The notes under the pieces are model-generated. The model did not search any database. It saw nothing but the letters and a program-made list of their open reading frames with translations, and was not told the origin of the DNA. From Fidelibacterota bacterium (GTDB taxonomy: Bacteria > Fidelibacterota > UBA8477 > JABMPR01), in assembly GCA_013202495.1 (NCBI GenBank), contig JABMQQ010000185.1, positions 1-23,442 of the forward strand: a stretch of DNA of 23,442 bases, written 5' to 3'. Positions 1-8,884 of the stretch are shown here, one piece after another. Positions within the stretch are counted from its first letter, which is position 1. Every line of letters starts with the position of its first letter. The translations under genes were made by a program, and so were the position numbers.

Positions 1-352
1 CCGAGGGATTTTAAGTCCTGAATATATCTCTGATAGTCAGTAGGTTACGGAAATTGTGTCAAATAAATATTGGGAAACATTCGCCCAGAAAGTACTGATG
101 AAGATGGTTGTTCATCGAGTGTGTGTCCCCTAATTAAACCTTCTACTTGAATAGCAGAAAACCAAGGGTTTATTAACGACATGGGAATTTTCAGTCCCCT
201 GCTCACCTTCTGTATCTGGCTGTCTAACAGTTAGTTACGGGGATAAATAAATTTGTGTGTGCATTATATGTGCAGATTGGTTGTATTTTCTGAAAATGGA
301 CAGCAGAGTCCGTTCAGTTGGACTGAGATCAATAACTTGCTAAATCTATTCG

Positions 353-397
353 CATACAAAAAGTAAACGAGGCTGCCAGCGTCAGGTGACAGCCTCG
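353..397 (-). terminator. Intrinsic terminator for the minus-strand SPFH gene. The stem is CGAGGCTG / CAGCCTCG (368-375 pairs with 390-397) with a 14-nt loop. On the minus strand it is followed by UUUACUUUUUGU.
   Basis: Inverted repeat read directly. The T-rich tract lies immediately 3-prime on the minus strand, about 55 bp past the stop at 453. Confidence 0.5.
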
Positions 398-452
398 ATA
401 ATGGTGGTTCTAAGAGCCCTACTTAGTTTTATCACAACGATGTGTAAGATAG

Positions 453-1253
453 TTATTTACCGCCGGTATCTACTATAACCGGTAACCCATCCTTTCCTAG
501 GGGAACAAAATAAAATGTAGAATTGCCACTCCTACTTAACATCTCTTGAGCTTCTACAGCTTTAAATTGCAGGTATTTCTTCGTGAGACCTTCGTCAATT
601 ATCTTCTGCGCATCTCTTTGACCTACAGCTTGAATTCTCTGAATCTCTGCATCTTTTTCAGCAATCCCAAGTTCATATTCTTTCTGCTCTAATCTTTGCT
701 TGATGACTAGTTTTCTATCAGTTGCCTGGGTGACGAGTGGTGAATACATAATGTGATCAAGTACTACGCTGTCAAACTCTACATACTTCTCATCCATCCT
801 CTCGCGCAGTTGCGATAAAATCTCTTCCTCAATTGGAATGCTATTTTCGGCCAGCAGATTATGCTCATACTTGGCCATAACATTTCTTGTAATCGTGTAA
901 AATTTAGGTCTCACTAAATGTTCATAATAATCTGAGCCAACTTCTAATTCCAACTGAGCTAGTTTCGCAGGGTTGGGTCTTAAAATTGCTGTGACATTCA
1001 CGACCATGTGAAGGTCATCTGATGTTAATATTTGAATCTCTTCCGGGAAACTTGTCCAGCGAACCTCATATTCAATTACGTTGTTCCAGGGGTAATGCCA
1101 AACAATACCATCAGTGTATAACTTATCCATTTCTAATCCTGAAGACCATGGCCTCCATTTCAATCCTTGGTTGCCAGGGCTGATGACGGACGCGCAACCC
1201 GTGAACGTGACAACCATGATGATAATTACACTGGTTAGTAATAACTTTTTCAT
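453..1253 (-). CDS. SPFH / band-7 (prohibitin/HflC-like) domain lipoprotein
   Basis: 266-aa ORF. The N-terminus MKKLLLTSVIIIMVVTFTGC carries a lipobox Cys. The central SPFH-like core is followed by a coiled-coil region (QRLEQKEYELGIAEKDAEIQRIQAVGQRDAQKII) typical of HflK/C and prohibitin family members. An AAGGAAA RBS sits about 9 nt upstream on the minus strand. Confidence 0.85.
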   Translation of the reverse strand: MKKLLLTSVIIIMVVTFTGCASVISPGNQGLKWRPWSSGLEMDKLYTDGIVWHYPWNNVIEYEVRWTSFPEEIQILTSDDLHMVVNVTAILRPNPAKLAQLELEVGSDYYEHLVRPKFYTITRNVMAKYEHNLLAENSIPIEEEILSQLRERMDEKYVEFDSVVLDHIMYSPLVTQATDRKLVIKQRLEQKEYELGIAEKDAEIQRIQAVGQRDAQKIIDEGLTKKYLQFKAVEAQEMLSRSGNSTFYFVPLGKDGLPVIVDTGGK

Positions 1254-1420
1254 AATAAAATTTCCTTTATTGCTTACTTTTCATTTTCAGCGTGCGGTGA
1301 GTATTTCACCACGAAGACTGTATTAAACTCTTATCTGAACTTGGTGTAATTGAGTTCAGCAAGTAAAAATGATTCAGACATTCCAATATCCTCCTCACCA
1401 CCACAAAACCCACTATCACT

Positions 1421-1762
1421 CTAAATCAGGAGAGGTGCATTGAGGGGTCTGACAGAGTTGGTATTGTATTGCTTATTGTAGTTACCCTGAGAGACCAGAA
1501 ACTTGGATGGAGTATTTGATTCTCTGCTTGAGAGCGCTAGAACTATATCTGGACTCCGCTTCGAGAACAGGAAGGTTGTGACTTGATGAACTGTGCTACA
1601 AAGTTCTGGCTTTGAGCAACAGCTACCGTACAAAAGTGTAACACCTGATGATATAGCCTCATCATGAATAGACTTTTCACACCGAGACTTTAGAATAGGG
1701 TTGAGGACAAAAACAAGCCCTACAAGGAATAGCACTAAGAGTTTTGTAGTGTTTTGCTTCAT
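1421..1762 (-). CDS. Hypothetical small secreted protein (possible; weak)
   Basis: This is an internal Met of the 1421..1930 ORF. MKQNTTKLLVLFLVGLVFVLNP looks like a signal peptide. The RBS is poor and there is no recognisable domain, so it may be spurious. Confidence 0.2.
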   Translation of the reverse strand: MKQNTTKLLVLFLVGLVFVLNPILKSRCEKSIHDEAISSGVTLLYGSCCSKPELCSTVHQVTTFLFSKRSPDIVLALSSRESNTPSKFLVSQGNYNKQYNTNSVRPLNAPLLI

Positions 1763-2122
1763 GCGCTTCTCGGAGTAGCGATTGTGTATAGCTTGTTGAT
1801 TGTTCTCTGCTTTCATAATGCAAATAACTCTCAATATGCATGCCACAGTTTTTGAATTGGGAATGACAGGTGATGTAAGCCTTAGTAAATATAGATATAT
1901 AGGTGTGTCTATATAGGACAACGCGAACAAATCCGATGCAATCGGTAGCTAGTAAACTGTCGATTATCCCACAGTTGATTGCACATAATTCATCAGCTTC
2001 CATAGCCATTCACTGAAAACTCACTTGAAATAAATGCGAAAATTGATGCGTTCTAATTACCGTGTCTTTTTGATTTACAGATGGGGTGGCGATGTTGTGT
2101 AGATTATTGTCCACGTATTGGT

Positions 2123-2144
2123 GAATACTCTACAGATCCTATCC
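2123..2144 (+). promoter_or_regulatory. Copy of the recurring GAATAnTCTACA motif (TGAATACTCTACAGATCCTATCC), a putative enhancer/UAS
   Basis: It matches the GAATAkTCTACA core seen at 3991, 4015, 6281, 8885, 8908 and 16131. It lies about 155 bp upstream of a sigma-54-like element. Confidence 0.35.
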
Positions 2145-2278
2145 AGATTCAGTCATAGCACTATCTAAAATCACATGTTGTTAAGTAAATTGGTACTGCA
2201 TGTAAATGTAAGTATAACAACAATATACAGGCCTGCATATTGTACATTTTCCAACACACTACTGTTAATAGCACGTAA

Positions 2279-2294
2279 TGGCATTGTTGTTGTC
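2279..2294 (+). promoter_or_regulatory. Weak sigma-54-type -24/-12 candidate (TGGCAT-N5-TTGT)
   Basis: GG and TTG fall at the canonical 10-bp spacing. Two bases deviate from the other TGGCAC / TTGCA-like elements in the window. The site is about 185 nt upstream of the 2479 start. Confidence 0.3.
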
Positions 2295-2478
2295 AATGTA
2301 GGTATATGATTATGAACAAAAACATTAAGCAGGGAGGAGCCGCATGTAGATGATCGAATGAATCTCTGTTTGCTGTTCTGGATAGAGCCAGGATGAGGGG
2401 TCGCTCAACTGCTGCGGGCAAAAGGAGCAGAAATAAATATACAAAGCTTAATAACAAGTAATCAGAAAGAACCAAAAC

Positions 2479-3864
2479 ATGAAAGATTTGAATAAGGTAA
2501 TTCCGATTTCGCTCCTGCTAATCGTAGGAGGCTTAGTCGGCTGCTCAGAAAGTGAATCAATAGTATCTTCAATTGTAATTGATCCTCTGAGTGTGACAAT
2601 AACTGAAGGAACAACTCAACAATACACAGCCAATGTACTTGATGATCATGATGAAGTCGTGAGTGATGAAGTGATTGTCTGGTCAAGCACCGACGAAAGT
2701 GTAGCAAGTATTGATGCTGCAGGATTAGCAACTGGCTTGATACAAGGCACAACTACTATTACGGCATCAATTGGTGATGTTGTCGCATCTTCACCACTCT
2801 CTGTTGAAATACAATATCCCTTAGGCTCAATGATATCCAGACCTATTACAAACCCTCCAACCGAGAACGCTTCAATAGACCTTTTTTGGGCAGATGTTGA
2901 GGGTCTTGATGTTGAAACAGTTGTTGCAAATTATTATGCCGATTCTGATGGCCATGACATTTGGTGGGATGAATACGAAGGTATGGAGATAGACGTAAGT
3001 ATGAAGTCTGTCTATACTGATGAGGACATCTACTTTTTGTATGAATGGAACGATGAGGCCGATTCGAAGACTCGCCAGGCTTGGTTTCATAATGCAGACA
3101 CAGATACATGGCAGCAAATGGGAAAAAAGATACCCGATGCATTCGGTAATCCTCCCGCTTACGAAGATAAATTCACAGTATTTTGGAACATGTCTATAAA
3201 TGATTTTGAATCTGCAGGTTGTGCCAGCTTATGCCACGGATCTAGCATGAGGACAAATGGTGATGGTGAATTAGCTGACATTTGGCATTGGAAGCGTGAT
3301 CGAACAGCTCCCGTGAACCAAATCGATGATAAATGGCTTGATAACACAAATCCAAATGGACGCCATAGCGACACCGGCACAGGGGCCTATAGTGACAATG
3401 TCCAAACACTTTCGATAGATGGTGTTGACATCAATGCTCCCGCATTTTGGATTCCAGAGAGAACTGATTATCATTGGATACTCCAATCTGAGATTGACGA
3501 TGGAACAGCGAAGGCTATTGTTAGTCTCGATGCTGACAATAACTGGGTCGACGAAGACGGTACGGTCTTGGTCAAATCTAATTTCACATATGACAGCAAT
3601 TTTGTCATCCCAAGTTTAATGGGCATAAAGCCTGGAACCGATAGCCGCGGGGATGTATCCGCATGGCACAATTGGGCAGATGGAAAGTGGACTCTGAAGG
3701 TCAAGCGATCGCGTACAACAAGTACTGTTGATCAGGATGTTCAGTTCACTGAAATTGGTGTTCCATACTGGTTCTCCATTGGTGTGATGAACGGAGCTGC
3801 GATAGCGCATGCTACTCCTGGTGGCTATAGTGGAACAGCATCTCCATTATTTCTAGGAAGATAA
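2479..3864 (+). CDS. Secreted lipoprotein with an N-terminal Big_2 (bacterial Ig-like) domain and a roughly 330-aa C-terminal domain of uncertain family
   Basis: Lipobox LLLIVGGLVGCSES. The Big_2 signature is ITEGTTQQYTANVLD...VWSSTDESVASIDAAGLATGLIQGTTTITAS. The C-terminal domain contains GCASLCHG (a CX3CH arrangement) and many Trp/Asp residues. It could be a DOMON/EB_dh-like binding domain, but that is unverified. Confidence 0.8.
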   Translation: MKDLNKVIPISLLLIVGGLVGCSESESIVSSIVIDPLSVTITEGTTQQYTANVLDDHDEVVSDEVIVWSSTDESVASIDAAGLATGLIQGTTTITASIGDVVASSPLSVEIQYPLGSMISRPITNPPTENASIDLFWADVEGLDVETVVANYYADSDGHDIWWDEYEGMEIDVSMKSVYTDEDIYFLYEWNDEADSKTRQAWFHNADTDTWQQMGKKIPDAFGNPPAYEDKFTVFWNMSINDFESAGCASLCHGSSMRTNGDGELADIWHWKRDRTAPVNQIDDKWLDNTNPNGRHSDTGTGAYSDNVQTLSIDGVDINAPAFWIPERTDYHWILQSEIDDGTAKAIVSLDADNNWVDEDGTVLVKSNFTYDSNFVIPSLMGIKPGTDSRGDVSAWHNWADGKWTLKVKRSRTTSTVDQDVQFTEIGVPYWFSIGVMNGAAIAHATPGGYSGTASPLFLGR

Positions 3865-3919
3865 GTAGTAAATTATATCACTATTGCGAGAAGATTGTAA
3901 TAAAGGGTAAGCCTTACAA

Positions 3920-3960
3920 AGCCTCGATTGGTTACAGATTGATCGGGGCTTTTTGGTTTT
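3920..3960 (+). terminator. Intrinsic terminator. The stem is AGCCUCGAU / AUCGGGGCU with one G-U wobble and a 13-nt loop, followed by UUUUUGGUUUU.
   Basis: Read directly. It lies 55 bp after the stop of the 2479-3864 gene. Confidence 0.6.
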
Positions 3961-3990
3961 AGTATGACCACTGAACTGTATTGAATTAGG

Positions 3991-4034
3991 TGGAGAATAT
4001 TCTACAAACCCGATGAATAGTCTACACAATATCC
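3991..4034 (+). promoter_or_regulatory. Two tandem copies of the recurring motif, with centres about 21 bp apart: TGGAGAATATTCTACA (3991-4006) and GAATAGTCTACACAATATCC (4015-4034)
   Basis: Palindromic core GAATATTC flanked by TCTACA. The same family appears at 6281, 8885, 8908 and 16131. Confidence 0.5.
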
Positions 4035-4159
4035 CGTGTCAGTCGGATAGAAATATATTTGACTCTTAAAGTAGCATCTCCAGATAGATTGCGTAACACC
4101 AATAAATACAAACACTAATATTTCTTCACCAATTAATGAAAAAAAGTTTGCCAGTTGAG

Positions 4160-4175
4160 TGGCATGCTAGTTGAA
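4160..4175 (+). promoter_or_regulatory. Sigma-54-type candidate TGGCATG-N4-TTGAA
   Basis: It has the same TGGCAyG-N4-TTGnA architecture as the elements at 9036 and 16220. It lies about 130-170 bp downstream of the tandem motif and about 95 nt upstream of the histidine-kinase start. Confidence 0.35.
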
Positions 4176-4255
4176 ATATAGTGTCAAAGCCAGCGGTGAT
4201 ATTTCACCAGGGTGAGATGTATGTACCAGCCGATGGATTTTAGACAGTAAAACAA

Positions 4256-6145
4256 TTGAGGGATTGGAATAATAATCAACTGATCATGCTAACCATCAAG
4301 AAAATACGTAATCTTTTATTGGCGGGATTTGAATTTTCAATCTGGAAGGCAGTTACCTTGATGCTGTTGATTCCTACAATTTCATCTCTGTTAGTTTTAG
4401 CTTCTATCTACAGGTATCTGGACGAAGCAGAAGAAAATTTGCTTATGTTTAGCACTGTTAGCGAGCAGCGACTCATAGCTGAGCAAATTGGGATATATTC
4501 TCACCTTCTGCACCAAATGGGAAATCAAGAAGCAGAGGTAGTTCTTAGAAACCTGAGAGTTTCGTTTGATCGAACAGTGCAATCGATTCGGAACATACCA
4601 ATTTCTGACAATACACAGGGTGCTGAACATTTTCTAAATTCAATGCATGAACTTAAAGGGATTGTAGCTCTTTGGGAAGAAACTGATCAGTCACTAACAA
4701 GTATCATGGATAAAAATCAGGTATTGCCGACAACTAATAAAGCGTATGAGGTTATTAGTCTAAATATTCCAAAGCTAAGCAACTCACTAAATCGGTATAT
4801 AATAATTTTAGAGGCTAATCGAGTACAGGAAAGGAGGCAGATGCTCATTTTCCTCACCTCAACTTTTATCTTTAACTTTCTCATGCTTCTAACAGGATTT
4901 ATTGTTATAAAATACTATTTGGAGGAAAGGAATAAGTCGGAGAAGGAGCTTGAAGCCGAGAAAGACTTCAATGGAAAAATCCTAAATAATGTTGACGAGA
5001 TTATTTATAGAACATCAGCTCATAGGGATATTGATAAACCTTTAAAGATACAATTTGTAAGCCAGGGAATTGAAAGAATTTTAGGGTATTCAGCTGATGA
5101 ATTTCAAATCGACAAACAATTGTGGCTGGCGTTGATTCATCCAAAAGATCGGAATGGTGTGATTAGATCTACCCTGCGCTTAATTTCGAAAGGAATCACC
5201 CATAAAAGAGAATATCGGCTTATGTCAAAAAAAACAGGTCAATATCGTTGGTTTTCTGACAATCCAACTGCTGAGTTCGGTTCAGATGGCGCAATTGTTG
5301 GGATACTTGGGGTGGCAAGGGATATCAATGATATAAAAAAATCAGAACAGCGCTTAATCAAGGCAAAAAATGAAGCTGAAATTGCAAACAAAGTAAAATC
5401 TGAATTTCTGAATAACATCTCACACGAGATTCGAACACCTCTTACTTCAATACTTGGATCAATAGAGTTAGTTGAGTATCAATTAAAACACAAGATTGAC
5501 CATAAAATCCGCAAGTTCTTCAAGTTAGTTAGAAGTAGTAGCAATCGATTATTGATCACGGTTGAACAAATTATGGATATTGCGCAGATAGAAGCTGGTG
5601 GTGTAGTATTTTTACCCAATGTGGTACAGCTTTCTGCGTTAGTGGGGGGAATGCATCATGATTTCAATCAAGAGGCGCAGGAGCGTGGTCTAACCTTCTC
5701 ATTTGAAAATTTGACTGATAAGAGCTGGGTGAAGATTGACAGGAAAATGATTCAATCAGCCATCTCCAAACTAGTTGCCAATGCAATTAAATTCACCCAC
5801 GAGGGGGGCGTTAATCTCATTCTAATTGAGAGTGAGGAACAATTGGAATTAATAATCAAGGATTCAGGCATTGGTATAGCTGAAGAGTATCTGAAAAACC
5901 TTTATACCACCTTTTCACAGGAGAGCGTTGGGTTTACCAAAGAGTATCAAGGTCTTGGACTAGGACTTGCTATCGCTAAGTGCTATCTAGATTTCAATGG
6001 TGTCATTACCAATGTGGAAAGCGCTAAAAATGTTGGAACTACAATAACGCTCAAGTTTGATTTTGCTGATGAATTTGAGTTGCCTGTGTTGAATTCAAAA
6101 AACCCCCTAACTGAAATAGCAACCCGAGGTAGAAACTTGGCTTGA
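4256..6145 (+). CDS. Sensor histidine kinase with two transmembrane segments flanking a roughly 150-aa periplasmic loop, a PAS domain, HisKA and HATPase_c. There is no receiver domain.
   Basis: H-box NISHEIRTPLTSILGS and G-boxes GGVNLIL...DSGIGI / GLGLGLAI. The PAS-like region is ILNNVDEIIYRT...EYRLMSKKTGQYRWFSD. Position 4256 is a TTG codon. The ATG at 4286 (MLTIKK...) is the more likely start. Confidence 0.9.
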   Translation: MRDWNNNQLIMLTIKKIRNLLLAGFEFSIWKAVTLMLLIPTISSLLVLASIYRYLDEAEENLLMFSTVSEQRLIAEQIGIYSHLLHQMGNQEAEVVLRNLRVSFDRTVQSIRNIPISDNTQGAEHFLNSMHELKGIVALWEETDQSLTSIMDKNQVLPTTNKAYEVISLNIPKLSNSLNRYIIILEANRVQERRQMLIFLTSTFIFNFLMLLTGFIVIKYYLEERNKSEKELEAEKDFNGKILNNVDEIIYRTSAHRDIDKPLKIQFVSQGIERILGYSADEFQIDKQLWLALIHPKDRNGVIRSTLRLISKGITHKREYRLMSKKTGQYRWFSDNPTAEFGSDGAIVGILGVARDINDIKKSEQRLIKAKNEAEIANKVKSEFLNNISHEIRTPLTSILGSIELVEYQLKHKIDHKIRKFFKLVRSSSNRLLITVEQIMDIAQIEAGGVVFLPNVVQLSALVGGMHHDFNQEAQERGLTFSFENLTDKSWVKIDRKMIQSAISKLVANAIKFTHEGGVNLILIESEEQLELIIKDSGIGIAEEYLKNLYTTFSQESVGFTKEYQGLGLGLAIAKCYLDFNGVITNVESAKNVGTTITLKFDFADEFELPVLNSKNPLTEIATRGRNLA

Positions 6146-6280
6146 GCGAGGGTCTAGGATCAATGAACAGGAATGGTAAAGGCGGTAATTCACAACTTAT
6201 GCATATATTACATTGTCACATTGAATCGCAGAAATATTTAATGGGCAGGCGGTCCATACTAACGAGGCCACCATATAAAC

Positions 6281-6296
6281 TGTGGAATATTCTACA
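6281..6296 (+). promoter_or_regulatory. Single copy of the palindromic motif, TGTGGAATATTCTACA
   Basis: It is a near-perfect 16-bp palindrome 53 bp upstream of the 6349 start. It overlaps a possible -35 (TTCTAC) that sits 17 bp upstream of a TATTAT -10-like hexamer at 6313-6318. Confidence 0.45.
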
Positions 6297-6348
6297 GTTT
6301 AGTCTTATTATCATGAGCTTACTCAATCAATAAAATGGAAGCTCAAAC

Positions 6349-7515
6349 ATGTCTGTGATCGAAAAGTTGAACAAAAACCGCATTTTAATGTGGCGGGTCG
6401 TAATTGTTATCTCTACCATATTAATATCCTATTTTCACTTCACAACACCCCCTGATGAAGGTCATATACACCTCATTCTAATGCAGTTTTACCTCATCCC
6501 AATTCTTATCGGTGCTGTCCAGTTTGGAGTCATAGGAGGATTTGGAACTGCCATAGTGATAAGTGTGATTGTTGCTCCACACATTATTTTTCAATGGATC
6601 GGGGGTGCTCAACACCATTTGTTGGGATATCTGCAAATTGCCATCTACAACGCAATCGGCTATTTAACTGGGTTGAAATCCCAGCTAGAAATGAAGGCTA
6701 GAAATCATCTTGCTGCCACGGCTGATCAGTTAACCCAAACACTTACTACCCTAGAAAAACAATCTGAAGAGATGGCGGAGCTTGAAGAACAGGTGAGTCA
6801 TTCAGAGCGCTTATCCGTGATCGGCGAACTCATGGCAAGTTTGGCGCATGAGCTAAGAAACCCTTTAGCATCTATTCGTGGGAGCGTGGATATCTTGAAG
6901 AAGGAGCTAAGCGAACACGAGAAGCGAGGTGAGTTCTTCCAAATACTGGTAAATGAGACAGAAAGAATGAGTGGGGTTGTTGAAAACTATTTGGCACTCG
7001 CTAGGCGTAGCAAGGGTGTCGAAGTTGAGTATGATATAATTGAGATCATAAGAAACACTTCCCTTTTATTAGCCAGTAGGGGACGCCGTGATCAAATAAT
7101 CATTAAGTGTAATCTTCCAGAGGAACCACTCGTGATAATGGGTGATCCAAACGACCTAAGACAAATATTGGTCAATCTGATTCTTAATGGGATTCAAGCA
7201 ATGGATAACCCGGGTGCAGTTTCTATTACCGCTCAGATAGAAGATAACGCTGAAAAATTATGTATCATCAACATAGAAGATGAGGGTACAGGTATTCTCG
7301 ATGAGCAATTCGAAAAACTGTTTGAACCATTTTTCTCAACCAAAGAGCAAGGGACAGGATTGGGTTTGAGCATTGTTAAGCGAATAGTTGAGAATAGAGA
7401 ATGGCAAATCCGAGTGGAGAATCGGAAACCCACGGGTAGTAATTTTACACTATCAATCCCTCTTGAAATAAATGAACCAGACCAGGCAACACAAGGATCA
7501 CAAACAAATGTATAG
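6349..7515 (+). CDS. Sensor histidine kinase with a membrane-embedded sensor of 4-5 transmembrane helices. It resembles NtrB, ZraS and AtoS partner kinases of sigma-54 regulators.
   Basis: The N-terminal roughly 110 aa are all hydrophobic helices carrying His residues (HIHLIL, APHIIF, AQHHLL). A coiled-coil follows, then the H-box MASLAHELRNPLASIRGS and HATPase_c motifs (LNGIQAM, GTGLGLSIVKRIVE). Its stop overlaps the response-regulator start by 8 bp. Confidence 0.9.
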   Translation: MSVIEKLNKNRILMWRVVIVISTILISYFHFTTPPDEGHIHLILMQFYLIPILIGAVQFGVIGGFGTAIVISVIVAPHIIFQWIGGAQHHLLGYLQIAIYNAIGYLTGLKSQLEMKARNHLAATADQLTQTLTTLEKQSEEMAELEEQVSHSERLSVIGELMASLAHELRNPLASIRGSVDILKKELSEHEKRGEFFQILVNETERMSGVVENYLALARRSKGVEVEYDIIEIIRNTSLLLASRGRRDQIIIKCNLPEEPLVIMGDPNDLRQILVNLILNGIQAMDNPGAVSITAQIEDNAEKLCIINIEDEGTGILDEQFEKLFEPFFSTKEQGTGLGLSIVKRIVENREWQIRVENRKPTGSNFTLSIPLEINEPDQATQGSQTNV

Positions 7516-8860
7516 TGTTTTACTTATTGATGATGATATGAGCCTAAGTCGGGTGTTGGGCTACCAACTGGAGCAAAGCGGATTTGATGTAGTTGTCGTG
7601 AATAGTGGCAAAGATGGTCTTGAACAGTTTAAAGAAAAGAGTTTCGATATTGTCGTCACAGATATTCAAATGCCAGATATGTCTGGAATTGAAGTCCTGG
7701 GCGAGATACGTAAAATTGATGTAAATATTGTCATTATTCTCATAACTGCCTATGGGAGTGTTGACAACGCCATCGAGGCTTGCCGTCTGGGGGCAGATGA
7801 TTATCTAACCAAGCCATTTGGCCAAGAGCAGCTGCTATTTGTAATTGAAAAGGCAATGCGTCTCCGGGAGCTTCAGTCGGACAACACAAAGCTCAGACGT
7901 GAATTAAAGGGCAAACATAATTTCAGCAACCTTGTCACGAATAATTCCGAGATGGAAAGTGTATTGGAAATGGCTGGGCAAATAGCAGATAGTGAAACAA
8001 CGACACTAATTCTTGGCGAGAGCGGTACGGGCAAAGAGCTCATAGCTAAAGCTGTTCATTACAATAGTTCTCGTGCCAAGAAACCACTTATCACGGTAAA
8101 TTGTCCTTCAATTCCCGACAATCTACTTGAGAGTGAGCTATTTGGACACGTTCGTGGATCCTTCACCGGAGCTATAAGGGACCGTAAGGGCAAGTTTGAA
8201 ATGGCTAATGGTGGTACAATTTTCCTCGATGAGATTGGAGACTTGCGTGAAACGGTGCAAGCTAAGTTATTGAGAGTTTTACAGGAGCAAGAAATTGAAC
8301 GTCTGGGTGATTCCAAAACTACAAAAGTAAATGTACGAATAATTGCAGCCACTAATAAAGACTTATGGCAACTCTCCCAAACGGGAAAATTTAGAGAGGA
8401 TCTATATTACAGGTTGAGTGTAATCCCTATCACAATTCCTCCACTGCGCGATAGATCCGGGGATGTACCGATACTAATAAATCATTTCCTAAAGAAATAC
8501 TCTAGAAGCAAAAACTTCAAAATAGATAGTGAAGTCTTTGATATTCTCGATCATTATTCATGGCCAGGTAACATCCGGGAACTTGAAAACCTTGTGCAAA
8601 GACTTGTTACCCTGACAAAAGGGGAGCTGATAACATCAAGTGATCTCCCAGGCCACATACGGTCATCAGAAGCTAATCTCAATCCTCTGTCGCTTAAAAT
8701 CCCTGCTGATGGTCTCTCCCTTCACGAAGTGGAAGAAAAACTCATCCGAGAAACACTTCAAAAAGCTAATGGCAACCAATCCAAGGCTGCAAGATTGCTA
8801 AAAATCCCCAGACATGTCCTATTGTATCGTTTGAAGAAATTAGGAATCGTCCACCAATAA
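7508..8860 (+). CDS. Sigma-54-dependent response regulator (NtrC family; REC + AAA+ sigma-54 activator + Fis-type HTH)
   Basis: REC domain: MYSVLLIDDD...DIVVTDIQMPDMSG...KPF. Walker A is GESGTGKE and Walker B is IFLDEIGDL. The sigma-54 contact loop reads VRGSFTGA, a GSFTGA variant of GAFTGA. The C-terminal HTH is QSKAARLLKIPRHVLLYRLKKLGI. The start at 7508 was chosen because it places the ATG overlapping the upstream kinase's TAG (ATGTATAG). Confidence 0.95.
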   Translation: MYSVLLIDDDMSLSRVLGYQLEQSGFDVVVVNSGKDGLEQFKEKSFDIVVTDIQMPDMSGIEVLGEIRKIDVNIVIILITAYGSVDNAIEACRLGADDYLTKPFGQEQLLFVIEKAMRLRELQSDNTKLRRELKGKHNFSNLVTNNSEMESVLEMAGQIADSETTTLILGESGTGKELIAKAVHYNSSRAKKPLITVNCPSIPDNLLESELFGHVRGSFTGAIRDRKGKFEMANGGTIFLDEIGDLRETVQAKLLRVLQEQEIERLGDSKTTKVNVRIIAATNKDLWQLSQTGKFREDLYYRLSVIPITIPPLRDRSGDVPILINHFLKKYSRSKNFKIDSEVFDILDHYSWPGNIRELENLVQRLVTLTKGELITSSDLPGHIRSSEANLNPLSLKIPADGLSLHEVEEKLIRETLQKANGNQSKAARLLKIPRHVLLYRLKKLGIVHQ

Positions 8861-8884
8861 TATCCCAATTTAGTTTTCAATAAC

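Noticed and set aside
139-160. CTTCTACTTGAATAGCAGAA contains TCTAC and GAATAG, the two halves of the recurring motif in swapped order
   Set aside because: The half-sites are in the wrong order and spacing. There is no sigma-54 element nearby. It is probably chance.
1335-1359. 7-bp inverted repeat CTGAACT...AGTTCAG upstream of the SPFH gene
   Set aside because: It is short, has no T-tract and recurs nowhere else. It could be an operator, but the evidence is insufficient.
1677-2009. 110-aa minus-strand ORF and the N-terminal part of the 1421-1930 ORF
   Set aside because: No RBS, and the Cys/His-rich odd composition has no motif. They overlap each other in different frames. Only the internal signal-peptide-like segment (1421-1762) was kept, at low confidence.
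3993-4006. GAATATTC core resembles the eukaryotic heat-shock element nGAAnnTTCn
   Set aside because: The context is bacterial, so this is irrelevant. The resemblance is a by-product of the palindrome.
6142-6333. 63-aa ORF between the two kinase genes
   Set aside because: It spans the palindromic regulatory motif and the putative promoter. It has no RBS and is likely non-coding.
6829-6845. TGGCAAGTTTGGCGCA with correct GG...GC spacing
   Set aside because: It lies inside the kinase coding region (the H-box codons). It lacks the TTGC context and has no upstream motif. It was judged coincidental.
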